Source: Eledone cirrhosa
Lineage: Eukaryota
DNA: 64,000 bases
NCBI GenBank assembly: GCA_964016885.1
Contig: OZ024748.1
Coordinates: 6,696,001 to 6,760,000, forward strand
Direction of reading: 5' to 3'
The position numbers and the translations under genes are program-made. Of the stretch, positions 45,108 through 61,498 are shown in pieces. Position 1 is the stretch's first letter; every line of letters begins with the position of its first letter. The notes beneath the pieces were generated by a model. That model was given only the letters and a program-made list of their open reading frames with translations, was not told the DNA's origin and did not search any database.

Positions 45108-45760
45108 AATATATAAAACATCGAATTATTGGTCAAGGTTAACTTACATTATACGTTATTTATGAATTCATATATTTAAAATGTTATTGAATATATAAAT
45201 ATATCATTGTCTTGACTCTTTGTTTCAATAACTTTCCTCACACAATGAAAGTACATACTATATTAAGCTACAAGACAAGGGGCTGTTGTGACTGTTATGC
45301 CTTTCTCACGAATATCGTTTTAGTAAGGTGAATCAGAGCGTTTCCAAATAAAATGCACCACCTTAAATACCTATCCTGTTATGTATGTATGAATACACTC
45401 CCTACTTCAACTTGCTGTCCAGAAATACATACGTATATAACAAATAATCCCACATACACACACACATATCTACACGCACACACACACATTATGTATATAC
45501 ATATATACATATAAATATATAAATATACTAATATACATATAAATATATACACGCATATATATACACATATATACACATATATATATATATATATATTCAT
45601 ATATACATACATGTAAATATATACATGTATGTATATATATATGTGTGTGTGTGCGTGTATGTGTGTATATATATGTATATATATGTATGTATATAAATAT
45701 ATATATATGTATATATATACATATATACATGTATATATATTTATAAATATTTATATATAA

Positions 45761-45893
<133 letters not shown>

Positions 45894-46658
45894 TAGAAGT
45901 ATGCCGACATATGTCTATACAGTTAACCGAGGTAATATAATATATGAATGACTCTTAATATGTGTTGTTGTTTTTATATATATAACAGACAAGGTAAGAT
46001 TATTTTTCTATAAACGAACTTAAAATACATCTAAAGAATGTTTGGAGATTATTTTCACGGAAGTTCTTTTGTTAAAATATTATGTGACTCAATGATCCTA
46101 AAATCTTATAGCCCCTCGATGACTCATTCCAAAGAAAAATAGCTATTATTCATAATATAAGCACTGGACCGGAACATTTTTGTAAAACACATTCGACTAT
46201 TTCGACCCCAATATTTGACTGGTATTTCATTTTATCTGTCATGAAAGTTGACCTCATCGGTTTACAAATTAAGAATGTGATATCCGGCTAAAATATCCTA
46301 ACGAATATATTTTCCTACATATGACTAAAGTGAGAATTGATTGTTGAAGGGGACATTCGAATAATCTACCCCAGTATTGTTTGATAGTCTATAGATTGTA
46401 TTGATTTTTAACACGGTTGTATGTAAATTTAATACCGCGGAGATTTGAACTCTGAGTTAAATGAACCGTAACAAATAGCTCGAGTCCTTCTGCCCAACGC
46501 TCTAGTGAATCTGCTAATCAACGAGCGTTAAAATATTATAAGGGAGTGATTTACGAATAAATCTACCTCAGTATATAACAGGTATGACATTCTCACGAAC
46601 GCCGAACGTTACAATGCAAACGGGACAATCAATGGAGAGATTTCAGTTTACAACATAC

Positions 46659-46810
46659 TTGTTTCTACTTTAAGCCCAAGGCCAGCAATTTGAAGGGAAG
46701 GGGAAAGTCGATTAAATCGACTACAGTACATTACTGGTACTTTATTTTATCGAACTTAAAGGACCATAACTCTGTACTTCAAAGCATGGTGTCTGAGGCT
46801 CTACCGATAC
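46659..46810 (-). mobile_element. Deu/Nin-domain SINE, long form, internally deleted
   Basis: Tail and GTCGATTAAATCGAC segment present; older fragments at about 46150-46520. Confidence 0.7.
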
Positions 46811-47116
46811 TATGCGACGTAACTAAAATACTTCAAGGCATGTTGACCTTCGCTCCTACGAGTCTATCAATCCAATCATAGGTATTCTTTTGTATAAAAC
46901 TAAACTCTGACATTGGCACGAGGCCATATATTTTGTGGTGAGGAAATAAAAGACAGGTAACCAACAGGATTTGACTTGTGGTATTTGAAAAATAAACAAA
47001 AACTTGACCTAGACAGAACTTGAAATGTTAGTAAGCAAACCAATAAAAAGATCCTGGTAACCACTCCTGTTCTTACTGTCAGTTGCACCTGCACCTTTCT
47101 CTCTCAATGTCTCTAC

Positions 47117-47149
<33 letters not shown>

Positions 47150-47304
47150 TTGTATATATAGAGAGATCGATAGATATAGATAGATAGATCGATAGATAGA
47201 TGGAGGGAGAGAAGAAAAGAGAGAGTCAGACATACAGACAGAGATCCTAGTTAGCATAAGTTTGTTGAATTTAGAAATATCACGTACACGACGATACTCA
47301 CATG

Positions 47305-47410
<106 letters not shown>

Positions 47411-48021
47411 TATTTAATTAGTTAGTTAGTTAGTTCCACAATAAATTAGCAAACGTAGAACTAATTCTATACCGAACTCGTCCTTCGGACTGAGTGCTCT
47501 ACTTACTACGGTTATAGCATCTCTCCCTCTCCCTCTCTCTCTCTATATATATATATATATGAATATATATATATATATATATATATAGTAGATAAATGAA
47601 ACATAACAAACAGGGGTATGGAAATACATACATACATACATACATACATACATACATACATACATACATACATACATACATACATACATACATACTTGAG
47701 AAGTTAGGCTTCACAGGAACAGAAAGAACACAACTAGTTAGGAAATTACAAGTACAATCAATTAATGTAACAGTAAAAATATGTAAAACATTCCAAAAAT
47801 TTTGCATCTAATAACTGCATATACACATGTACAGATACAAAGCATATGCACACATCCAACCCAAAACATCCACATCCACACATACAATAACATCCATATC
47901 TACACATGCATGCATACATACATATCTACCTAGTTGATGTTGTGTAAATGTTGAGAGTCTTGTGTCTATGTTAGAAACCGACTCTCTTTCTATTGATAAA
48001 ACTTTGTGAAATTATAAAACC

Positions 48022-48408
48022 AGAAGAATATACATACATACATACATATATACATACATACATACATACATACATACACACATACATACATACACACACA
48101 CATGCATACATACATACATGCATATTTACATGCATGCATACATATATACATACACACATACATACATATACACATACATGCATACATACATACATATATA
48201 CATGCATACATACATACACACACACATACATACATACACACATACATGCATACATACATACATACATGCATACATACATACACACACACATACATACATA
48301 CACACATACATGCATACATACATACATATATACATACATACATACATACATACACACATACATGCATACATACATGCATACATATATACATACACTCATA
48401 CATACATA
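48022..48408. repeat. Degenerate (TACA)n array with CATG/CA variants
   Basis: Seen directly. Confidence 0.9.
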
Positions 48409-48693
48409 AAAAAACATGCATATTAAGGTCAATATGAATTAAGAAAATATGCATTAAATAAAACATATACTCTACAGCATGTATTGACTACCCCCTCTTC
48501 CTCATGTACCAAATAGACTCATATACAAATGGAAACATGAGAATGGCTATATTTATAGTGTGTTGCGTTTGTATATAATATATCTGAGCGGGAATAAATA
48601 TATATTTCGGTTTTGTATGTGTTTATACACGTTTGTGTGTATGTCTATATGTCAGTATCTGTGATTGAATGTGTGTGTGTGTGCATGTTTCGT

Positions 48694-48725
<32 letters not shown>

Positions 48726-49490
48726 GGGTGTTTCTTTGTGTATATGCCTCAATGGCTGTATGTGTACGTGTGAATATCTGAGATTGAATGTGCGTTTGCA
48801 TGTTTTATATGTATATACAATGTGTCTACGTCTGTGTGTGTGTGAGAGTATCTGTGTTTCAGTGTGCGGGTATACATATGTGTTTCTTTGTGTGTGTGTA
48901 TATGCGTGTGTGTGTGTCTGTGTGTCTGTGTGTGAGAGTATATGTGTACCTATCTTTTTATCTGTTTATATGACATTCTAATGAGTGCGCGTTGTAATAC
49001 AAACAATTTCACATCTCTGGTGGTAAATAGTTCCCGCTGACACTACACATATTGCTGTGCAGCTTATACATTCATACAAATAGTACACAAATATATTCAC
49101 AGGAACGCCATTCACACAAACACACACGTAAATACGCCAATGTACTCATACGTTGTATATAGTTGTGTTTCTATACACCTGAAAAGACTTTCTGTTTAAG
49201 CTTGCAATTATGGGTCATATTTTGTCATACACATGTGTTCAGGATTTAATACTTAATATAAACTAACAGATAGAGATACACACATAAACACACACATGAG
49301 CGCAGACATAAACACAGATGCCATATATATTAACATCCACACATGCATATATGTGTGTGTGTGTGTGTAAATATACATAGATAGAAATGTGTATATATTT
49401 ACACTAGAGATATGTGAATGTATATGCATATAAAGCACTGTGTGATATTCCTAATTTTCTGCATAGAATCTAAACAGGGGTACACACACG

Positions 49491-49567
<77 letters not shown>

Positions 49568-49873
49568 CAAGTGAAGATGTTACATATATACATATATATA
49601 TGCATAATTTTCACATTGTACTTATTATATATATATATATATATGTCCTTCTCTTCTTTTTCTTCTCTCTCTCTCTATATATATATATTTATATATATAT
49701 ATGTATATATATACATATATATATATACATATCACCCCACCCACCCTCTCAAAAGCGTGAACCTAATAAACACTTATTTGTATTGCCTCTCTGTTTTTGT
49801 TCCCGTCAAAGTTTTAACTATATATACATATATATACATATATATATATACATATTTATATACATATATATAC

Positions 49874-49905
<32 letters not shown>

Positions 49906-49944
49906 TTATATTCATATATTCATATACATATATATACATAAATA

Positions 49945-49994
<50 letters not shown>

Positions 49995-50017
49995 TATATA
50001 TATATATATATAGATAT

Positions 50018-50133
50018 CTAAGGCGGGTAAAATTCCCGAGATCCATGGACGAGTTCTCTCCAGCGGTCTCTGTCCCTCATCATCGCTGCCATGTCCTGCG
50101 TCTCCAACAGACCAGTGTCTGTCCTTAGGGCAT

Positions 50134-50138
<5 letters not shown>
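50018..50138 (-). mobile_element. 5'-truncated copy of the RTE LINE 3' end
   Basis: Reverse complement of about 4203-4323 with few mismatches; inserted in (TA)n. Confidence 0.88.
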
Positions 50139-50174
<36 letters not shown>

Positions 50175-50185
50175 TATATTCATAT

Positions 50186-50233
<48 letters not shown>

Positions 50234-50235
<2 letters not shown>

Positions 50236-50349
50236 CGAAGGAAATGTGGTAAGGAACCAGGTGGACCATAACGCACCAAAGTACTCAATACTTAGGGTAG
50301 TAGAGTGGGTAATAGGAACCAGTAAGACCCCATTGGGGTCTTACTGGTT

Positions 50350-50354
<5 letters not shown>
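50234..50354. mobile_element. Family A fold-back starting at the predicted HHR cleavage site
   Basis: ...GTAAGACCCC att GGGGTCTTAC...; 20-bp arms. Confidence 0.8.
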
Positions 50355-50400
<46 letters not shown>

Positions 50401-50427
50401 TCTAATGTATCTTCACAACTATAACAT

Positions 50428-50479
<52 letters not shown>

Positions 50480-50517
50480 AATATTCCTAATGTGATGTCG
50501 CGATTTGAATCGTATAG

Positions 50518-50586
<69 letters not shown>

Positions 50587-50713
50587 AAAGAATTCCCAAT
50601 TAAGGCTGATATATTTAGCAATCTAAAGTATTCTTCCTTTATTATTATGTCTATTGGGAGAGAATGTTGTAATTAGATTTTTAAGAGTGTAGCGTACATG
50701 TTTATTGTGTGTT

Positions 50714-50754
<41 letters not shown>

Positions 50755-50949
50755 GTGTAACCGCTATAATCTCTCTCACTGGCCCAATCTCTAACTAAAG
50801 CTCTATTTTTGTTTAAAAATAGTTAATAGTTCATGGTAAATTACTTTAATAATTATTTTTATCATATATATATATATATATATAGACATGTAGACAGGCA
50901 TACACCTCTGTATAAATGTATAGACACACACACACATATATATATATAT

Positions 50950-51143
50950 AACAAAGGAATTGTGATAAGGAACCAAATGGACCATAACGCACCAGAGTAC
51001 TCAATCAATACTTAGAGTAGTAGAGTGGGAAATAGAAAAAAGTATGACCCCGATGGCAGAGCTCAAGCCGTTTCGACGGCTATTTCTGGATAGAAATAGC
51101 CGTCGAAACGGCTTGAGCTCTGCCGTCGGGGTCATACTTTTTC

Positions 51144-51146
<3 letters not shown>
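50950..51146. mobile_element. Family A fold-back insertion
   Basis: Inverted arms centred near 51087-51091. Confidence 0.8.
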
Positions 51147-51197
<51 letters not shown>

Positions 51198-51848
51198 CGA
51201 GAGAGGGATTGAAATAAGCACATATAACACAGATTTAAAAATATATTCACATTTCATACATATGTAAGCATAGAGTCATACATATACATACACACTTATA
51301 TAAACATAATAGACACACATATAAATATACAAACATACAGACGCCCCTGTTTACTTTCATAGGTATTTAGTTGTCTATCAGGCTCAAGCGACATCAGTGA
51401 CAGAGGATTTGAGTCCAAGTGCATTTGGCAATTTATAGTTCGATATGCATTAATTAATTGCGAAACGCTAGACACCAAAGTGACTAATGTATCTTCACAG
51501 TTATAACATACACACACACATATATATATATATACATAATATTCCTAATGTGATGCCGCGAGTTGAATCGTCTATAAAGTATATGAAGAATTACCGGTTT
51601 CGATATGTTATTAAAATCCATCTTATCTTAATAACACATCGAAACCGGAAATTCTTCATATACTTTATATACATCATAATTTTTTTTTTTTTAAAGAATT
51701 GTCCCTCTCATTTTTTTATATTATCTTTTCAATATTGTCACTTTGACGAATCAAAAACGAAAAAGAGACCCTTAAATATATTTCCCGTGCTATTTCCAAC
51801 TTCATCTTTTCCCTATATCCACTGTTTTGTATTGAATCTTTACTTCCC

Positions 51849-51886
<38 letters not shown>

Positions 51887-52204
51887 AAAGTATGTCCATA
51901 GAATCATTTGATAAAATATATACATTATTTCCTCTCCCAATCAGCATAATCAACCACACAAAAACAAATTAAACAAGGCTATAAGATTAAAAGGCACCTA
52001 TGAAGAAATAGTAGATAAATAAACGACATCTATCTATCCGCGATCAACAGCTATAGAATATTTGCCCACCATTTCTAATAGTACGTGGAAATCGATTAAT
52101 TATATCGTCAACCATACACAATTAGGTATAAAATCAAAGTTAGAAGAAAAAAAGTATATAAGCATACCAAAATTATATTTCTACTCCATATATATATATT
52201 TATC

Positions 52205-52422
52205 ATTATTACTACAAGTTAAATTTTAAGCAAAGAATCTGTTTCCACCCTATAAGGGATCTTCGAAAACTGAGGTTTAGAAGATCCCTTATAGTGTGAA
52301 AGCAGAAATTCTGTGCTTAAACGTTAATCTGTACTAATAATAAATACTTGCTCTACAGGTTTATATATACGATCCTTATCGAGCCCTCCCCGGATTTTGG
52401 TCTTTGCATTCATTATTGTTAT
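52205..52422. mobile_element. Family C diverged fold-back insertion with HHR
   Basis: GTTT-AGAAGA-TCCCTTATAGTGT-GAAA-GCA..TGC-TT^AAAC plus an inverted left arm. Confidence 0.7.
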
Positions 52423-52449
52423 CGAGATTCAGTATATACTTTCATTTGT

Positions 52450-53945
52450 AATATGTTGACGCCAGTTTATGTTCTGTACGACTCTAAACGTTTTAAGGTA
52501 AGCAGCATCTAGTTTCCTTTCAAAGCCTTTGTCGCGGTCCATATATACAACAATCCTGACTCAAGAGATGCTCTAAAAAATGATATTTTGATTTTACGAG
52601 GTAGATCTTTCTTCCATATCCTTTCCATTTTGTTCATTGCTGCCTAGAATTTGGAAATTATAAAGTCAATATCCTTTTTTAATAAACTCACCCAGCTGGC
52701 CATATATAGAAAAGCATCAACTTGATTCACCATTCCGCAATCCAGTGTGGCAAGGTGTCCATCTTCTTGGTTTAATGACATGCACTCTTTCTTGGTAGCT
52801 TTAATCTCTAGACACATTTTCCTGGCAGAGAATTCGACTTTATGAAGAAGTTCTTGAGTTTGATCAAGTGAATTTGATAGAAGAGCTGTGTTGCGAGAAG
52901 AAACTGTATCACATATAACAGTTGGTGGGTTTCCCTTACTTCCCATTTCATCAATCAACAATGGCGTCCATCACTGCATAATTCTAAGCGATTATTAAAA
53001 GATATGGTGCCAATGTCTCACCCTGAAGGGCACCCGCTGGGATCTAAAAGCAGAACTCGTTATCACCATCGGGAAAGGGAATTTCAGCTTCCCTGTTTAT
53101 GTAGAGTACATTTATGACAACAAATTTGGCATCAGTTATGCCATGTGCAACTAGGGTTGGCATAAGCTTTCCTCTATGAATGAAGTGAAAAGACACTTTT
53201 TGAAATCAACGAATGTTAATACACCTTTCAAGTTCTTTGATCTTCTAGTAGCTTCCTCAGTGTTAGTATTTCTGAGAGAGTCGATCTATTCTGTTTGAAA
53301 CCATTTTAATTTGTTCTGAGTTTCGGGTCTAGTCGTGGTCGTATTCTATTTAGTTGCATTCTGTTGTAGGTTTTAGTTGCAACTACTGACAAAGTAATTC
53401 CTCTATAATGTGTATATCTTGTGTTGAGGTAGTATTCCTCCTTTTCTACAGATATTTGATACATCTCCTTTAAAGTCTTTTGGCAGATTTTAAGCGCCTC
53501 TTCGTTCATGAATACTTTCGATACTCCTGTTAGTTATATTATCCAAGCCGGTAGCTTTGTTCTTTTGTGTCAACATGATTGCATGTTCTACACCTGCATT
53601 GTGAAATCACCAACATCAATAGGCAGTAGGTCAAATAACTTGTCAATATTTCCTTCAACTATCAAAGGTGTTTGTCTAACTAACTTAGCAAAATGCTCCT
53701 TCCTCAAGTTTTCAATTTCCTCTGTGTTTCAGTTTTTATCTTAATTTGGTTTGATTTCTTTCTCCAGTTATTTCGTAGTTAACACTCCGTGTAAGCTTGG
53801 CTGTTCGATTGAAGTGGACATTATACAGTAATTCTAGTTTCTCCCTAACGTAGATTTCTGTTTCTTTGATATACGCCTCAACCAGACTACTTTTAGCTTC
53901 AACTATAAGCTGTTTTTTTGTTTCAGTCGAGTGAAGCATTTATTT
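52450..53945 (-). mobile_element. Decayed RTE-clade LINE ORF
   Basis: Minus translations HYRGITLSVVATKTYNRMQLNRIRPRLDPKLRTN, GALQGETLAPYL and LEIKATKKECM; many stops and frameshifts. Confidence 0.85.
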
Positions 53946-55778
53946 GGAAAATAGCACTTTTTAATTAATGCTCTACAGGTAGCCACTGTAGAGCATTTTC
54001 GTAACTATCTCTCGTCCCTGACCCTCAAGGGTGAGTGGGGAAGGATCCGACCTAAAACGTCCTTTTAAACTTTTAATTCAATGCCTCAAGAATTTCATCA
54101 CCCTCCTTTCTTACCTGTTCGTGCTGCACTTCAATAAAGCTTCTATTGGTGTTAAATCATATATATCTAAAGCCATGCTATTTTTTAGTTCAGTTTTGGT
54201 GAAGTTTACACTTGAAAACAATCTATCAACCGTGCCTTTGCTTTGTGGCACATTCTAATGCATTTATTATTGTAATGTCTGACACAGATGTTTTCACTTG
54301 CGATATTAGCTGACTCATATAAAATCAAAGAGGACACTAACGTTACTTCTAGAAAAAGTAAACGACTTTGAGAGATTGTTATGAATTCGAGTCTATTATA
54401 AAACTACTTGTTAATATTTATTTCCATAAAGCTTTATATTTCTAATTTCTATCGCATTTTACTTCTCTATTCCAAAGTTATATATCAGCTAGGCATATTT
54501 GTTGATGCACTTTATCGAACTCAAATGACTTGTTCATTATATAAATGAGTATAGCTTAGAATAAAAGAGATGTTATATATATATGTGTGTGTGCGTATGT
54601 TTATATATATAAATGTATATATATAACGGCTATAAATTAATGTTTTGTCTCCTGGCTCTTACTCCATTAGACAGCGTTTGGTATATGTCAGACGCTGTGA
54701 CCCCGGTTGGACCAAGAGTACCGTTGGTAGGGCTCGAAACTGCCAAAGACCATCTCATAGGTCAATGACCATGGAGTTCTGTATCTTTTGTTTGTATATT
54801 TATTATTTTTCTAAAATAATTTTTTTAAGGCTTCTCCTTAAAGAATTGTTTTTCAGTTTGTCTTGTTTTCCTTTCTTTGTCTTTGTTAATTTTCTTAAGT
54901 GTCTGTATACTCTGTCTATAACTTTCACTTCTTTTAAACCAAGTAAATTGACACTATACATTCAAAGATCACCCAAATTTACCCGATGAGACTAAATAAC
55001 TGTTGACAATTGTTTCGGTTCAGAGCGTCCTTATGTGATCAATTGTTATATTAAAAATAACAGCTTCAACCTATATTCTATGATACATATATTTTAGTTC
55101 TTAAAACCTAATAATATAAACTTTCTTTCTTTGTGCCCAAAGTTATAGGTTGGGGGAAAAACTCGCGCGACCATTATCATCATCATCATCATCATCATCG
55201 TCATCGTCATCGTCGTCATCATCATCATCATCATCATCAGTAGCACAAGTAGTAGCATAATTTCACATTATATCTATTTTAGATTATAGAACAAGTTCGG
55301 AACGCTGCAAGTGATAATGCTATGATGATGACGATGATGATGACGTGGATGATGATGATGACAATTAGAGTGAAGTTGATGAGGATGAGGAGAATAATGA
55401 TGATGTGGATGAGGGGGTATTTTATCAATGATGATGATGTTGACGATGGGGAAGAGAGTAGTGTAGATTATAATGTTCATGATAGTGTTGATGGTGGTGA
55501 TGATTATGATGATGATGATGGTGATGGTGTTGGTAGTGATGATGATGATGATGATGATACTAATCATGATATGATGATGATGGTGGTGCTGGTGGTAGTG
55601 TCTTGAATTCTCGAAGAAATTAGAAAGACAACCATAAATCTTGGTCCATGCCATTGGTTATTTATTGGACGTCTTCAAACATTGCCTTCATATTTGCACG
55701 AACACAAACACACACACTCACACACATACATATATATATATATTAATACTAACATATGAATGACACATATATATATAG

Positions 55779-55809
<31 letters not shown>

Positions 55810-55987
55810 GATAGATAGATATATAAATATATATTTATACTAACATACATACACACATATGCATATATAAATGAGGACACACGCAGATGCAAATAAACGC
55901 ACGCACATATTGCACAGGCAGACACAGCCAGAGACATAAATACATACACACATATACACACAAGCACACACATATATATATATATAA

Positions 55988-56060
<73 letters not shown>

Positions 56061-56734
56061 GAAAGAAATATAGAGACATATGAACAAACACATACACGAT
56101 CATGAGCAAATATTTAAAAACACACACACACATATACACTTATATATTAAAGCAGAATCATACACAGTCACTGACTCACAACACACAGAAATGTGGACGT
56201 GCAATATAATTTATATAGAGACATATACTGGCACTAACATATAGATTCACATACACACAAACACACACAAAGGAGCATGCACGTTCGTTATATATATATA
56301 TATATATACAGTATATAATATATGTATGTGTATATATATAAATATATATATATATATACAGTGGTGCCCCAGCCTCGCCTGATTCACATAGGTGTTACAG
56401 GTAAAAGATTTAAGTATATATAACACATACACAGATACACACACACATATATATGGATTTTATTCTAGATGTAAATGTGTGATGTTTAAAGGAATGGTAT
56501 TCAGCAACTAAAGAGATAAAGAGAAATAATATTGAATTGGAAATTAAACAAGATCAACATTCTTTAAAGCGGTGGTGTTTGTTAATGTTGGTGGAGTAGT
56601 GTATAGAATGTTAGATAGAACGATAGATAGATAGATAGATAAATGTCTTTATTAGCCACGAGGGCACAACAGAAGGGGACAAATATAAATGGGGAGTTTA
56701 CATACAGGAATATGAAAATAAAACTATTAAGAAC

Positions 56735-56789
<55 letters not shown>

Positions 56790-57273
56790 GGATTGTATGT
56801 ATATATATATATATATATATACAGAAAGAAAGAGAGAGAGAGAGTGAGTGAGTGAGAGAGAGTTAGTCATATAGTTAGACAAATAACAAATAAATAGATA
56901 AATAGATAGATAGTTAGATAGACGGTTCAAAGGTGGGCTAGGATGTGAAATAGAAACGCAGTATGCACGTCTGACGAAGAGTATTCAATGCTAACGTACT
57001 CACGACCAACCACAACTAACCATGCAACAAGGTTCTTAGTCCGCAATTGTATAAGTATTAATGGTGTTTTTCATATAATATTTATTTTATATTGTCTTTT
57101 TTTTGTTTCTTTTACTAATCAGTTTATTGACCACAATGCGAACCAAAATCTATTACTCCACATCTCACCATATACAATTAACAATTAACCAAACGAATCA
57201 TTCACCACTCCATATTTCTATCTATATATCTTTTACACTTACTCTCTCTCTCCCACACTATACATACATTCAT

Positions 57274-57399
<126 letters not shown>

Positions 57400-57590
57400 G
57401 TGTGTGTGTGTGTGTGCGTGTGTGTTATAGAGAGAGGGAGAGAGATAAGTTATTCCGGGTTGAATCAGAGGTAACCACAGTAAGTAACATAGCAGAGTAT
57501 AAAAGTTTAATATAGAAGAGCTTCTACAGGACTATGTTTCATTCGTGATGATTTCTCACGAATGAAACAGTTCTAGTCCGGTAGAAGGTC

Positions 57591-57660
<70 letters not shown>

Positions 57661-57861
57661 GAATAAAAGGAATTCCAACTTTGTCCGATTTACTGGTTTT
57701 ATTTACAATCCTTTAAAATTATAATGATATTATAAGGAAATTGTATGGTAGAATATTAAATGTTAAATGTTAATTGAATAATTACTTTCATGCTTTCGCA
57801 ATCTTCAGGTTCATATTCAATGGTGACAGTCAAGTTGGCAATTTTCAACTGTATATATATC

Positions 57862-57924
<63 letters not shown>

Positions 57925-58013
57925 GGAAAATATATAATCAAATAACAGATTAAATATATTAATTATATTAAATATGTAAACTGGTTAAATAAAAGGTTAT
58001 ATATATATGGAGT

Positions 58014-58044
<31 letters not shown>

Positions 58045-58102
58045 TAATGGATATTGAAATATAGATTGATAAATGAATTGAAGGATATGTGTGAGTGTAT
58101 AT

Positions 58103-58154
<52 letters not shown>

Positions 58155-58206
58155 GTGTGTGTGTGTATGTGTGTTTGTGTGTGTATAATTAAATATATTT
58201 ATTTAT

Positions 58207-58263
<57 letters not shown>

Positions 58264-58360
58264 GAAATATATAAATATAAATATATATATGTATATATAT
58301 ATATATTTATATATATAATATATCTGTGAGAAAAACCACAGACCCTCCATCTCAACTCTA

Positions 58361-58396
58361 CTTTTGAAAAGCACAAGAACTGCGAAACCGGTAAAG
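58361..58396 (+). ncRNA. Minimal HHR, U3-A8 core (family F, element 58323-58458)
   Basis: CTT-TTGAAAA-GCAc-aagaa-cTGC-GAAA-CCGG-TA^AAG. Confidence 0.7.
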
Positions 58397-58458
58397 GAAC
58401 CAAATAAATAAATATATATGTTTTTTTAAATAAGACTCTTTCTAAATAAGACTCTTTC

Positions 58459-58492
<34 letters not shown>

Positions 58493-58536
58493 CATAATAA
58501 TATATAAGATCAAAAGATGGTTAAAAGAGGTCCATG

Positions 58537-58607
58537 TATTTTATTATGCGCATTTCAAAAACAAATATCATCATGCAATAACATTTGCGTTTTCGTCAGA
58601 TAAAATA
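58537..58607 (-). ncRNA. Type-I hammerhead ribozyme (family D relative)
   Basis: TATTTTAT-CTGACGA-AAAcGCAAATGTTATT-gcat-GATGATATTTGTtTTT-GAAA-TGCGCA-TA^ATAAAATA; perfect 8-bp stem I, palindromic stem III. Confidence 0.85.
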
Positions 58608-58770
58608 GGGAGACATGATATGAAGGTTAAAACACACTTGTGAATAGTGCAGTTTTAAATCAACATAGTAGAGTACTACTTATCTGATATCTGCATTGCC
58701 TTATTTTTCTACAATAAAACTCACCTTCTACATATATATATTTTTATATATATATATATAAATTATATAA

Positions 58771-58801
<31 letters not shown>

Positions 58802-58877
58802 AATATATATCTATATATATAAATATATATATATATATATAAATATATATCTATATATATAAATATATATATATATC

Positions 58878-58911
<34 letters not shown>

Positions 58912-59405
58912 AATATCTATATCTATATATACATATATATATAGATAAATATATCTATCTATATATACATATATATATAAATATATATATCTATATATAC
59001 ATATATTTATAAATATATATATCTATATATACATATATATATAAATATATCTATCTATATATACATATATATATATAAATATATATATGTATGTATATAT
59101 ATATATAAATATATATATGTATGTATATATATATATAAATATATATATGTATGTATATATATATATATATATATATATAAATATATATAAAAAACATGAG
59201 AAGAAAGAAGAATACTGCGTGGTTGCACATGGTTACATATGATAAAATTAGTCCTTCGTCAGTGATTTGCCAACCATCATTGATATTTCATCAAATATAT
59301 ATATATATATGTATATATATATAAATATATATATGTACATATATATATATAAGTATATATATATAAATATATATATGTATATATATATATATAAATATAT
59401 ATATG

Positions 59406-59441
<36 letters not shown>

Positions 59442-59599
59442 AATATATATATATGTGTATATATATAAATATATATATGTGTATATATATAAATATATAT
59501 ATATGTGTATATATATAAATATATATATATATGTATGTATATGTATATAAATATAAATATATAAATATATATATTTATAAATAAATATATATATTTAGG

Positions 59600-59631
<32 letters not shown>

Positions 59632-59760
59632 TATATACATATATATATATATTATACATATATATATATATACATATATATATGTATATATATATATAAA
59701 TATATATATGTGTATATATATATAAATATATATATGTGTATATATATAAATATATATATT

Positions 59761-59812
<52 letters not shown>

Positions 59813-60105
59813 GGTTGGTTTTCTGATTGATTTTAGAAAGAAACAATAGTAAAATATGGTACTGATTGAATTAATAGTAAAGATACACATTTCATTCAGT
59901 TAAAATGATGTCTACTGGGTTAGTATTGCCTTGTATAGAATCATTAATAATATCAGATAATATTCGTGTGGTTCGCCATATATATATATATGTATATCAC
60001 TGATGAAGGACTAATTTTATTCATATATACCCCATTTGCTACAACGCAGCACGCCATTTTTTATATATATATATATATATATATAGTAATAATAATAAAT
60101 GTGAA

Positions 60106-60171
<66 letters not shown>

Positions 60172-60672
60172 TATATATACATGCTAACACATATATAGAT
60201 ATAGATAGATAGTTAGATGTGTAAATAGATAGATAGATAGATACATGTATGTATGCATGAACTGAAGAGGGATATAGAAATACTCATGTTGGGGTCTGAA
60301 TGTACAGAAAAATAACTGGGAGTGAGAGACCCCTGATCTTTATTAGAAGAAGGGATCTCTGTTGTAAACCACCGGCTCAATTGTAACCGATGATATTGAC
60401 TTATTCTTTTCAGATTCTAGATATTCTTGGTCAGTAAATGTCCAGTGCAAGACCTTACCATTCGATATAGTAGGTTCGATGAATGATGTAGATGGCTTAC
60501 CTTGGCCTTAAAATTTAATATTTTGCGTTGCAAACTTGCCAAATCTCTACAAACCAGTTTGTCATTTGCAGGCCTAAAAAGTCATATCCGTTCGCAATAC
60601 CCTCAAGATTCAAGGAGATATCGTTTGCTAACCCTAATATATATATGTCCCAAGGGGACATATATATATTAG

Positions 60673-61104
<432 letters not shown>

Positions 61105-61152
61105 TTATATGTCGAGCCATTTTTGAGATTTTAGTCTTCACGTTTACTATTA

Positions 61153-61318
61153 TGAATTGGCAGTATTTGTAGAGGGTCAAACATGCTTTCCAGCGTAGTT
61201 ACGTCCCTTTACAATCTGAGTTCAAATCCCGCCGAGGTTAACTTCCATTCATCCTTACGGGGTCGATAAAATAAAGTACCAGTAATGTACTGTGTAATTG
61301 TTGGCCTTGTGCCAAAAA
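61153..61318 (+). mobile_element. Deu/Nin-domain SINE
   Basis: A/B boxes, core and tail. Confidence 0.88.
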
Positions 61319-61340
61319 TAAAAAAATAAAAAATTATTAT

Positions 61341-61437
<97 letters not shown>

Positions 61438-61445
61438 TATATATT

Positions 61446-61498
<53 letters not shown>

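Noticed and set aside
54571-55062. Possible solo LTR (TGTTAT...ATAACA)
   Set aside because: No matching TSD (AGAGA versus GCTTC); the internal HHR-like GAG..CTCGAAAC lacks a CTGANGA core
56971-57005. CTGACGA-aGAGTA..TACTC hammerhead start
   Set aside because: No GAAA, stem III or stem I; a similarly incomplete motif lies at 23098-23133
60520-60605. FAGLKSHIRS zinc-finger-like peptide as a C2H2 gene exon
   Set aside because: Frameshifted; resembles the terminal finger of the RTE element at 24060-24135, so it is more likely a LINE remnant
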